The position numbers and the translations under genes are program-made. Below are positions 17,844 to 25,786 of a stretch of 64,000 nt of DNA, one piece after another. The notes below the pieces were generated by a model. That model was not told the DNA's origin and searched no databases. It was given only the letters and a program-made list of their open reading frames with translations. Origin of the DNA: Candidatus Sigynarchaeum calidifontis (GTDB lineage: Archaea > Asgardarchaeota > Lokiarchaeia > Sigyniarchaeales > Sigyniarchaeaceae); the NCBI GenBank assembly GCA_030587475.2, contig JAUQYZ020000231.1, positions 2,948 to 66,947 on the forward strand. The letters are read 5' to 3'. Numbering within the stretch: the first letter of the stretch is position 1; each line of letters opens with the position of its first letter.

Positions 17844-19412
17844 ATGGTCAAATTCGACATTAATTCGCTGCTGGAAGCCGCCAAGCGAAATTACGAGCGG
17901 GCATGGAACGAGTCGGCCAAGCTGCTCGAGAAAGAGGGAACCAAGTTCAAGCTCGACCCGGCAAGAGGTTCCCCGCACCCGATTTATTCATTTATCCAAG
18001 AGGCGCGGCAAGCACTCATATCGCTTGGATTCGAGGAGGTCGTTTTGCCCATATTCGTCGACGAGGAAGAAATATACAAGGAATATGGACCCGAGGCGGC
18101 CCTCATTACAGATCGCATTTTCTACACGGCTGAATTACCACGCCCCGACATCGGCATCTCGACAAAAAAAATGGATCATATCAAGATGCTGGTTCCAAAA
18201 TTTGATAAATTCGATGATCTCCAGAAGCTCTTCAAAGCTTACAAGAAAAACGAGATCGAGGCAGATGACTTTCTTGATGAAATGGTGAAACAACTTGGTG
18301 TTTCCCCGTCGGAAGCCGCGGATATCATTGACAAGGTGTTTCCCGAATTCAAGAACATCCAGCCCGTTCCGTCTAAGCGGACGCTCCGCTCACACACGAC
18401 CGCGTTGTGGTTCCCCGTGCTCGGCGCGCTCCAAGGCAAAAAGCCACTCCCTATCCAGCTGTTCCACGTCGGGCTCAAATTCCGCAGGGAGCAAAAGCTC
18501 GATGCACGCCACCTCTACGAATCACACACCATGTCGCTCGTGATTTGCCACGAGCACATCACGCTGCAAGATTGCATGGATATATCGAGACTGATTTGCA
18601 AGAAAATCGGGTTCCAGGACGCGAAATTCGAGATCAAGAAAACAACAGGGAAGTACTATGCACCCGGCACGGAGTTCGAGATCTTCGTCAAGCACGAGAA
18701 CTATGGCGATTGGCTGGAGATCGGCGACGGCGGGTTCTACAGCCCGATCAGCTGCGCCAAGTACGGGATCCTGTATCCCACGTTCAACATCGGCTTCGGC
18801 GTCGAGCGAATCACGATGATCAAGACAGGCTGCGCTGACATTCGCCAACTCGCCTATCCATATTTTTATGCCCCATCGTCGTTTTCCGACAAGGAAATGG
18901 TCCCGCTCATCCGCATCTGCAACGTGCCGTCGACCGACGTCGGGAAATCGGTCACCAAGGCAGTAATTAAAGCGATCAAGGAGCACGGGCATGACCCGTC
19001 GCCGTGTACCGTGGTGGCCGGCAAATTCACGATCGACAACAAGCAAGTACAAGTGGTATTGTGGCAGAAGGAGACAAACGTGAAGCTCGTTGGCAAGGCG
19101 CTCTACAACGAGATCTATGTCAAGAACGGCGAGATCAATTGTTTCGAGAGTAGCACGGGCTCGCTTCCAGATGGTGCTACCAGCACGGGCATCAAGTTCA
19201 TAGACGGGATCGCCAACGAGATAGCTTTCCAGGCGGAACAGCTCGCCAAGTCAAGCGGAAAGGAGGTCACCATCCAATACAAGATGGTCAAGAAAGCGGC
19301 AGACGTGAACGTTGCCATCGATCCCGCGGTCGTGCGGTTTATCACGGACAACCAGCGAAAAATCAAGATCAACGGGCCCGTGTTCGTCAACGCCACGATC
19401 ACGAGGGATTAA
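17844..19412 (+). CDS. sepS: O-phosphoseryl-tRNA(Cys) synthetase (SepRS)
   Basis: Starts MVKFDINSLLEAAKRNYERAW. Collinear with methanogen and Archaeoglobus SepRS (TLRSHTTALWFPVLGAL, PLPIQLFHVGLKFRREQ, NIGFGVERITMIK, PSPCTVVAG). The ORF 17739 extension was rejected. Confidence 0.85.
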   Translation: MVKFDINSLLEAAKRNYERAWNESAKLLEKEGTKFKLDPARGSPHPIYSFIQEARQALISLGFEEVVLPIFVDEEEIYKEYGPEAALITDRIFYTAELPRPDIGISTKKMDHIKMLVPKFDKFDDLQKLFKAYKKNEIEADDFLDEMVKQLGVSPSEAADIIDKVFPEFKNIQPVPSKRTLRSHTTALWFPVLGALQGKKPLPIQLFHVGLKFRREQKLDARHLYESHTMSLVICHEHITLQDCMDISRLICKKIGFQDAKFEIKKTTGKYYAPGTEFEIFVKHENYGDWLEIGDGGFYSPISCAKYGILYPTFNIGFGVERITMIKTGCADIRQLAYPYFYAPSSFSDKEMVPLIRICNVPSTDVGKSVTKAVIKAIKEHGHDPSPCTVVAGKFTIDNKQVQVVLWQKETNVKLVGKALYNEIYVKNGEINCFESSTGSLPDGATSTGIKFIDGIANEIAFQAEQLAKSSGKEVTIQYKMVKKAADVNVAIDPAVVRFITDNQRKIKINGPVFVNATITRD

Positions 19413-19433
19413 TCGAGAGCGAAGGCACGCAGC

Positions 19434-19886
19434 ATGACCAAGAAAAAACGCAAGACAGTGTTGGTCGCAGGAACGTTTGACTTGATCCATCCTGGCCACT
19501 TGCACTTGATAGCCGCAGCGGCGAAACTCGGGAAAGTCGTCGTCGTCGTGGGTACTGATGCGATTGTAGAAAAAATTAAGGGACACAAGCCCGTTATCCC
19601 CGAAAAGCAGCGACTGTTCGTCGTGAGTAGTTTAAAAGGAGTTGACAAGGCTGTCCTCGGCCACGAGACGTTGGATTTCACGAGGATCATCTCCGACGTC
19701 ATGCCCGATATTATCTTGCTCGGGCCGGACCAAGGGCCTTCGATCGAGAAGTGGCAATCAATGCTCGCCGAGAAAGGACTCTCTCGCATCGAAGTCACGA
19801 GGCTCCACGAGAGAATCAACGATTTCCCCCTTACGAGCACTAGTGATATCGTGGGTAAAATCAAGAAGTTACCGGAACACCCATAA
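19434..19886 (+). CDS. ribL: FAD synthetase (FMN adenylyltransferase), archaeal RibL type
   Basis: VLVAGTFDLIHPGHLHLI, KGHKPVIPEKQRLFVVSSLKGVDKAVLG and PDIILLGPDQ are collinear with the MJ1179-type RibL. Confidence 0.8.
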   Translation: MTKKKRKTVLVAGTFDLIHPGHLHLIAAAAKLGKVVVVVGTDAIVEKIKGHKPVIPEKQRLFVVSSLKGVDKAVLGHETLDFTRIISDVMPDIILLGPDQGPSIEKWQSMLAEKGLSRIEVTRLHERINDFPLTSTSDIVGKIKKLPEHP

Positions 19887-19892
19887 TCGTGC

Positions 19893-19912
19893 AAAAAATC
19901 TCTTTTATTTTT
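19893..19912. terminator. Bidirectional T-tract region between convergent ribL and ribK
   Basis: Plus strand has TTTTATTTTT at 19903-19912 after the ribL stop. Minus strand has T6 at 19898-19893, 7 nt after the ribK stop. Confidence 0.4.
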
Positions 19913-20609
19913 GATTGCCAGGCAAGTAAGTAATCCGTACGATATCATCATCCACGAGATTCAAGTCTTTTCGCAACTCGAATGGCGAGATGAGCTCGAT
20001 CACGCTCTTGTCATAATGTGTTCTTTCGATCTTGAGAAAATATGCAGGTAGTGTTCGACCGGTCTCATCGTCATCGCGAGAAATCGTGACGCGAAAAGCA
20101 AACACGTCGCCGAACGACCGCTCTTGCTCCGTGAACCCTCGCATAAGGATGCCCCCCTTTACCTCGACCTGACTCCGGAACAACACGTCGCGCTCGTCGA
20201 GGAGCTTGACGTTCAGAGTACCCGGAAACGGGGTCATGCCAAGATTGTTTCGGAAGAAATCGGAATATTTACTAACGTAATACCGGCCCTCCTTGATGCC
20301 GCTCGTCACTTTCCCCCGTATGATGATTTCCCCGGGTTTTGAAAAGAGGCGTTCGAGTTCTCCGTGCAGCTCCTTGAGCTCGACGATTGCTTTTTCCGTG
20401 AGGGCAATTTCTTGCACCTTGTTCCCGTTAACCTCGATGCGCTTGATGTACCCAAGTTCCTCGAGATGGGCTAGACGCCGGGAGGCGGTCTGCTGGCTGG
20501 CCCCGACAAGCTCGCCGACGCGCGTCGTGCTGATCGGGATCCTGCCAGCTAGTGCCCCAGCCTTTGCTAACTCCAAGAGATATTTCCAATAGGGTGATTT
20601 TAGCTGCAT
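19905..20609 (-). CDS. ribK: Winged-HTH fused to CTP-dependent riboflavin kinase (RbkR/RibK type)
   Basis: N-terminal HTH (ISTTRVGELVGASQQTASRRLAHLEELGYI) and a C-terminal archaeal riboflavin kinase domain (GKVTSGIKEGRYYVS, TPFPGTLNVKL). Confidence 0.8.
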   Translation of the reverse strand: MQLKSPYWKYLLELAKAGALAGRIPISTTRVGELVGASQQTASRRLAHLEELGYIKRIEVNGNKVQEIALTEKAIVELKELHGELERLFSKPGEIIIRGKVTSGIKEGRYYVSKYSDFFRNNLGMTPFPGTLNVKLLDERDVLFRSQVEVKGGILMRGFTEQERSFGDVFAFRVTISRDDDETGRTLPAYFLKIERTHYDKSVIELISPFELRKDLNLVDDDIVRITYLPGNQK

Positions 20610-20637
20610 CGGCGAACATCTCGGCTATGCGCTTGGT

Positions 20638-21162
20638 TCAACTACAAGAAAGTTCCAGGCAGGCCCGAGCTATGCGCACGAAGATCGCCTCGACTTGCTC
20701 GCCAGTTTTCGCAGATGCCTCGTCATAAAGGCAAGTAAAGCGGTTCGCCAAGGCTTCCGCATCCATCCGGGAAACGGCGCGATGGTCGGCGAGGTCGGTC
20801 TTGTTGCCGACGACAATGATGGGGATGTTGCCACACACGTCCCGCAGCGACATGATCCATTCGGGAAGCGCGCGGAGCGAGTCCAGGGAAGTGACGTCGT
20901 AAACGGCGATGGACCCGTTCGAGCCTTGAAAATACTTGGCCCGCATGGACACGAACTGGTCTTGGGCCCCGATGTCAAAGATCAAGAGCTGTATCTTGAC
21001 ATCATCAATCGTGACCGGCTTTATCATGAAGTTCGTGCCGATCGTGCTCTTGAGATCGCTTTTAAACGTGTTCTTGACGTAACGAAGGATGAGGGACGTC
21101 TTCCCGACGCTTGCAGCCCCGATCAGGCTGATCTTGAACTTGTAATCAAATTTTTCTTCCAC
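20638..21162 (-). CDS. Ras-superfamily small GTPase, Rab-like
   Basis: G1 GAASVGKTS, switch I TIGTNF, G3 FDIGAQD, G4 GNKTDL, G5 SAK. Collinear with Rab1-like proteins. GTG start with GAGG 8 nt upstream. Confidence 0.85.
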   Translation of the reverse strand: MEEKFDYKFKISLIGAASVGKTSLILRYVKNTFKSDLKSTIGTNFMIKPVTIDDVKIQLLIFDIGAQDQFVSMRAKYFQGSNGSIAVYDVTSLDSLRALPEWIMSLRDVCGNIPIIVVGNKTDLADHRAVSRMDAEALANRFTCLYDEASAKTGEQVEAIFVRIARACLELSCS

Positions 21163-21206
21163 GAGCGCTGCCTCGGTTTACGTCCAAATACAACATTATC
21201 CCGTGT

Positions 21207-21220
21207 TTTATATAAAATTT
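21207..21220 (-). promoter_or_regulatory. TATA-box-like element for the small GTPase gene
   Basis: The minus strand reads AAATTTTATATAAAA, 45-58 nt upstream of GTG 21162. GAGG lies at 21174-21171. Confidence 0.45.
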
Positions 21221-21282
21221 GAAGCCGTTGTCTTGCTTCAAATGCGGGGAAGCGAAGGTAAAAGGAGGGTTGAAAAAAATGT

Positions 21283-22446
21283 TTAGATCTCCTCGTCGTC
21301 GTCGAGACCCTTGATGGGCGCGGGTGGACCACCGCCCGGCGCGGGTTCGCCACCGCCGAACTTGCCAAGGAGATCGTCGATCAATTTTTCGGTCTTGCGC
21401 TTCACGTTGCCATAGAAACAATACTCGCAGCGGAACTTTTCGCCCTCCTTGTCCTTGCTAGACTTGAGGAACTCGGCACCGCAATCTGGACACTTGTAGA
21501 GCTCGCCCGCGATTGGCTTGTTCTGCTTGAGATCGCGAACGAGGCGCTTCCCCCAGACGGTCTGAACGATCTTGTCCAGGACTTGCACGAAGATCTGGTT
21601 GACCGTCCACTTCTCGGCTGCCTCTTCTAGGATCTGGTTGATCTTGGATTGCTTCGCCGGATTGTCTGGCTTGATATTCAAGATGGCACGGGGCATCACG
21701 TCAGGGTACCCGTTCATGTAATCCAAGTCTAGCTCGATCCGCTCGTTCCCATTCTCCAGATCACCCGAAATGTATCCCGTAGCAGGGTTGAAAGAAAAAG
21801 ATTCCTTGTTGACGAACTCGGAAAACTTTTGAATAACGTTCGACTCGAAGTTGATACGCTCATACAATTCCAGCCGATACTCCAATTCCGCGACGAGCTC
21901 GAACAAGTGACCAGCCCACTTCTCGACGAACCGGAGATCTTCGGGCTCACCAATTTTCTCGGAAAGTTTCTCGGGGAATGTAACTTTCAGCTTCGGGTAC
22001 TCGTTACAATCGATCGTGATGAGATATTCGTTCTTGCGGAGGTCGACAATCTTTACCTTGGCTACTTTTCCCTCGAACGTCGCGCGAGGGCCATAATTGC
22101 CGACTAGCACATAGATCTCGTCCATTACCGTGAATTTTGCCGTCGAAGCAGACATCAACTGGTCCTCGAGCTCGTACAAGACATTCACGAGCTCGCTTTC
22201 CTCATTCCAGTTGGCCATCGTTTGGAGCGTGTTGTTGATGTTTCCGAGGATGTCCTTGATCTGTTTCTCGAAGCCGATCTTCGGTTTCTTGCCTTGAGCT
22301 ACCGGGGCCATATCGATATCGAGCTCAAAATTCAGCTCATTAGAGGCAAACATATATACCTTAATCCGCGTGTCCGAAACCTTCTCCACTTGAAAGGAAT
22401 TCTCGACTTCTTCAATTTGCTCAGCGATTGACTTCATTTCGCTCAC
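21283..22446 (-). CDS. Uncharacterised protein: three RWD/UBC-like repeats, a C4 zinc ribbon and an acidic C-terminal tail
   Basis: Three units of about 100 aa, each a beta-meander followed by helices, with YPxxxP-like elements (NEYPKLKVTFP, NGYPDVMPRAILNI). No HPN-Cys catalytic motif. C319PDC-x17-C340EYC, a Gly/Pro linker, and a terminal GLDDDEEI. Start is GTG 22446 or ATG 22437. Confidence 0.7.
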   Translation of the reverse strand: MSEMKSIAEQIEEVENSFQVEKVSDTRIKVYMFASNELNFELDIDMAPVAQGKKPKIGFEKQIKDILGNINNTLQTMANWNEESELVNVLYELEDQLMSASTAKFTVMDEIYVLVGNYGPRATFEGKVAKVKIVDLRKNEYLITIDCNEYPKLKVTFPEKLSEKIGEPEDLRFVEKWAGHLFELVAELEYRLELYERINFESNVIQKFSEFVNKESFSFNPATGYISGDLENGNERIELDLDYMNGYPDVMPRAILNIKPDNPAKQSKINQILEEAAEKWTVNQIFVQVLDKIVQTVWGKRLVRDLKQNKPIAGELYKCPDCGAEFLKSSKDKEGEKFRCEYCFYGNVKRKTEKLIDDLLGKFGGGEPAPGGGPPAPIKGLDDDEEI

Positions 22447-22470
22447 TTCTCGCTTGAAACGTGTGGTTGG

Positions 22471-22481
22471 TATTTAATAAA
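22471..22481 (-). promoter_or_regulatory. TATA-box-like element for the RWD-like gene (short or no leader)
   Basis: The minus strand reads TTTATTAAATA, 25-35 nt upstream of GTG 22446. Confidence 0.4.
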
Positions 22482-22634
22482 CGATGTTGATCGATTTGTC
22501 CACTACTTTTATATACTTTCTCATGAGCGCGGCGGCGGCTAGCCGGTGCAATATACCATTAACATAATACCCGTCCAATTCTGCGTATAATTGATACGCC
22601 TATTGCTCTACCTCGTTTGTTTTCGAACGAGTAA

Positions 22635-22686
22635 CCTATATACTGCGTTTTTTCCACGGTCAAAGCGAAAAAGAATGACGAGGTGA
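22635..22686 (+). promoter_or_regulatory. TATA-like box and Shine-Dalgarno for the 22693 gene
   Basis: CCTATATAC at 22635-22643 and GAGGTGA at 22680-22686, 6 nt before the ATG. Confidence 0.45.
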
Positions 22687-22692
22687 AATTGC

Positions 22693-23433
22693 ATGCATAC
22701 AAGGACAGATAAGAATGCATCGAATGTCCTCGTAAAAACGAGGATAGGGCACGAAAGCTGCACCACGTTCCCGGTCCAGGATTCCCGGGCGGATGATTGG
22801 ATTGGCAAGCTCTTCAAAAAGCCGGCGCCTCAAGCTGATATCATGCTCCCGCTGCGCTTATTCAGGGATTTTCATGTGATCAGTGCGGGTCACGAGATCA
22901 CGGAAGGGCGCACCAAGGCGGCCATTTTCCACTTCAAGCTTGCTGCACAAGCTTGCTTCGATCTCGGCGAGAATGCAATGTGCAACAACCTGCTGGATCG
23001 CGCCGACGCGGCCCAGATGGATCTCGCGAACGGTCTCCGCAAGGATTCCGCGACCAAGCTTGGAAAGAAGGCTTCTTTAAGCAGATATATCGATTTATTG
23101 AGAAACGAGGCTAGCGATGCCATCAAGAAAGGCGACTTGAGCCACGCGCGCGATGTCTTGAGGCAGATCGTCGTGCTCGGCAAGGATATAGGAGATAAGC
23201 GAATGGTCAAGGATTATAGGAGCCAGCTTCGCTCCATCGAGATGATCTATTCCGTGAAGGGGCGCCACAGCGTGACCATCCAGAAAGTGTTCGCATCACG
23301 TCTCGTGCACACATTGAAGGAGGCCACTCTGCGCCGCGAATTGGCATTCCGGATGTCTTTTGCACAGCAGATAAACGTGCTCCAGCCGATCCTGGCATTG
23401 CCTCTATTGCTGCCACTTTCCAACAAATCATGA
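22693..23433 (+). CDS. Hypothetical helical-repeat (TPR/MIT-like) protein
   Basis: The ATG is preceded by GAGGTGA (22680-22686, 6-nt spacer) and a TATA-like CCTATATAC at 22635-22643. The sequence is helical with Ala-rich repeats (AAIFHFKLAAQACFDLGENAM, GDLSHARDVLRQIVVLGKDIGD). Confidence 0.6.
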   Translation: MHTRTDKNASNVLVKTRIGHESCTTFPVQDSRADDWIGKLFKKPAPQADIMLPLRLFRDFHVISAGHEITEGRTKAAIFHFKLAAQACFDLGENAMCNNLLDRADAAQMDLANGLRKDSATKLGKKASLSRYIDLLRNEASDAIKKGDLSHARDVLRQIVVLGKDIGDKRMVKDYRSQLRSIEMIYSVKGRHSVTIQKVFASRLVHTLKEATLRRELAFRMSFAQQINVLQPILALPLLLPLSNKS

Positions 23434-23512
23434 ATCTATTTAAACGCGATCAAGTTGCTAAAAAACGCGAAAGAGAATTACGCAAATTGAGAAATACATT
23501 CGATTTTACAGT

Positions 23513-23953
23513 TCAAAACTTGCACGAGTTCAAGAAGTTCTCCATCATGCCCTTTAGCTTCTCGTCGCGCATAAGCTTTCGTTGGTATTCGGCTTGTTCC
23601 CGGTACCGCGTCTCGATGAGCACCGCCCGGTCAACGAGCATCTTCTCCATATCAGCGACGATCTGGTTGTGCCTCGTGAGGTCTTTTTCCTCGAACCGTG
23701 CTAGCCGGGCCAGCATGGCAAGCAATGCTTGCGCGTAACATAAAGTCGGGCTCATAATTTCTTGTTCTTGCTCCGTGCTCCCTTCGTGGTAAAATGCCAA
23801 CGCCTTGTTCACCTGCTTGGTCAGCACGTCGACATTGGCCACGAGTAACGACCACGACATGGTCTTGAATGGCTCGGGGAACAGCTCGCCGTGTAGCCCA
23901 GCGAGGTAGTCTTGCAACACCTCGTACTCGTTCGTACCGTTCATCACGATCAT
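23513..23953 (-). CDS. Hypothetical helical protein
   Basis: 146-aa ORF with protein-like composition and no recognisable motif. Convergent with 22693-23433. Confidence 0.5.
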   Translation of the reverse strand: MIVMNGTNEYEVLQDYLAGLHGELFPEPFKTMSWSLLVANVDVLTKQVNKALAFYHEGSTEQEQEIMSPTLCYAQALLAMLARLARFEEKDLTRHNQIVADMEKMLVDRAVLIETRYREQAEYQRKLMRDEKLKGMMENFLNSCKF

Positions 23954-24010
23954 AATGACGACAGCAAGTTATTACCTTGATTCGATAGAAAAATCAGCAT
24001 CAAACTTCAA

Positions 24011-24940
24011 ATGAATGCGGGAGCAAGAGGATCTTCATTAAATCGTAGCGTCGGTATGAGAATGACTGGCACGACCTGGACATTGGATGGAAAGATTTGC
24101 TTGATAACGGGGGCGACATCCGGCATCGGCAAAGCGACTGCTTTCGGACTTGCGAAGGCGGGCGGTACCGTAGTGATAGTGGCCCGAAATAGAGAAAAGG
24201 GGACTTCCGTGGTTCAATCTATAAAGGAAAAAACCGGCAACACGAAAATCGACTTGTTAATCGCGGACCTGTCCCGGCAAGCGGATATACGCAATCTTGC
24301 AAGCACGTTCAAGCAAAATTATGATAGATTGCATGTTCTCATCAACAACGCGGGGATCATCTTGTTTCAACGGGTCGAAACGGTCGACGGTCTTGAAATG
24401 ATTTTCGCGGTGAATTACTTGAGCCAGTTCTTGCTTACCAATCTCCTTCTAGATGTAATCAAGCGCAGCGCGCCCGCGCGCATCATCAACATGTCCTCGA
24501 ACGCGCAAGGATGGTGGGGGACGAGGTTGGACCTGAATGATTTGCAAGGGAAGAAACATTTTTCGGGATTCCTTGCCTATGCCGGTTCCAAGCTCGCTAT
24601 CATATGCTTCACGTACGAGCTGGCTCGCCGATTGGAAGGAACGGGGGTCACGGTCAACGCGCTTCACCCCGGTCTCGTGAAAACGAACTTCGGTCGCAGC
24701 GATCAAGGTAAAGGCCCGGGTTTCCTCGGGTTTATCTCTACCTTGTTCGGCACATCGCCCGAAAAAGGCGCTCGAACGAGCTTATACCTCGCGATGTCGC
24801 CAGACATCGAGGGTGTGACTGGAAAGTATTGGAAAAACTGCAAGCAAATTCGTTCTGCCCCCATCTCGCATGACACGGGAATTGCAAGAAGATTATGGGA
24901 TATCAGCGAGCAATTAACGGGTTTAAAGTTTTCCCAATAA
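24011..24940 (+). CDS. Short-chain dehydrogenase/reductase (SDR), retinol-dehydrogenase-like
   Basis: ITGATSGIGKATA, NNAGI, YAGSKLA. The true start may be Met 16 or 18 (24056 or 24062). Confidence 0.85.
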   Translation: MNAGARGSSLNRSVGMRMTGTTWTLDGKICLITGATSGIGKATAFGLAKAGGTVVIVARNREKGTSVVQSIKEKTGNTKIDLLIADLSRQADIRNLASTFKQNYDRLHVLINNAGIILFQRVETVDGLEMIFAVNYLSQFLLTNLLLDVIKRSAPARIINMSSNAQGWWGTRLDLNDLQGKKHFSGFLAYAGSKLAIICFTYELARRLEGTGVTVNALHPGLVKTNFGRSDQGKGPGFLGFISTLFGTSPEKGARTSLYLAMSPDIEGVTGKYWKNCKQIRSAPISHDTGIARRLWDISEQLTGLKFSQ

Positions 24941-25747
24941 AAATTGGAAGAATTGCTTCACGCGCTTGGGAGAACAAACAAACGCAGGGACGCTTTTCTG
25001 ATATCGGCGGTAAGACTCTCCGAACCGCTCGATCAGCTCTTTTTCTTCAACGAAATGAATATGGTATTCCCAGCGAATCACGATGATCAAAAAGAAGGTG
25101 AAGGAATATGCCGAAAACCACCACAATGCACCACCGAAATTCATTAAAATGAAGCTCAAGTACGTGGGATGCCGCACGATGGAATATATCGCGTTTCGCT
25201 GGATCTCGGATCCCTCTGGAAAATACAAATACATGTATAGCAAGTAATCCAGCCCAAAAGTCATTGTTGATCGATACAGCAGCGTAAGTCCGATGGCCAA
25301 GAAGCTGATGCCGGCGACAATGCGAATGATTGATGTATAGGGAATCCATACTGAAACGAAGGACAGAAGAGGAGTGGCGAATATTTTCCCGATTTCCTCA
25401 ACCCATGGGGTGGGGAGGAACATTCGGGTGATCACGACATATTCGAGGTTCATGCCGAAGCATATGTAAAAGAAGCTGTGCTGGTAGGCCTTGTCCTTCA
25501 ACGTGGCAAGGAGCCCCTGCCTTTTCGTCCACATCCGATGCACCATTGCAAATTCCAGGAATTCAATGATGCCGATGCCGATGATGGGCGTCAATGGGGC
25601 GATTTTCTGGAGAAAAGGGATGCTCATGAATACGCGCGGAAGGTTGTCAAAAAAAAACATCACCGTGAAACCGACAAGAACAGATGCCGCCGTTAACATG
25701 ATGTAATACTTGAGCATGCGAGGGAAGTCGGGCAAGTGAGCCCGCAA
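24923..25747 (-). CDS. Isoprenylcysteine carboxyl methyltransferase (ICMT)/phospholipid methyltransferase family membrane protein
   Basis: Multi-TM protein with VRHPTYLSFILMNFGGALWW and EEKELIERFGESYRRYQKSVPAF. Confidence 0.7.
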   Translation of the reverse strand: MRAHLPDFPRMLKYYIMLTAASVLVGFTVMFFFDNLPRVFMSIPFLQKIAPLTPIIGIGIIEFLEFAMVHRMWTKRQGLLATLKDKAYQHSFFYICFGMNLEYVVITRMFLPTPWVEEIGKIFATPLLSFVSVWIPYTSIIRIVAGISFLAIGLTLLYRSTMTFGLDYLLYMYLYFPEGSEIQRNAIYSIVRHPTYLSFILMNFGGALWWFSAYSFTFFLIIVIRWEYHIHFVEEKELIERFGESYRRYQKSVPAFVCSPKRVKQFFQFLLGKL

Positions 25748-25786
25748 TTTTTCCGCGCCCTTGATTGTCGGGATACATATCGCCTT

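Noticed and set aside
19409-19951. 180-aa minus-strand ORF covering ribL.
   Set aside because: It is antisense to a gene that is clearly homologous to RibL, and it has no motifs. It is a shadow ORF.
22506-22653. Possible sRNA of about 120 nt: a TATA-like CTTTTATATAC (22506-22516), the hairpin CTCGTT-N8-AACGAG (22612-22631) and a T6 run (22648-22653).
   Set aside because: The same interval holds the promoter, TATA box and 5' UTR of the 22693 gene, and possibly the promoter of the divergent 22446 gene. The T-run lies between that TATA box and the SD. I cannot separate an sRNA from ordinary promoter architecture without transcript data.
20638-25747. The idea that the ICMT-family methyltransferase (24923-25747) processes a prenylated C-terminus of the Rab-like GTPase.
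   Set aside because: The GTPase ends in ...CLELSCS, which is neither a CaaX nor a CC/CXC box. The genes are 3.7 kb apart in different transcription units. The ICMT/PEMT family is also widespread in prokaryotes with other substrates.
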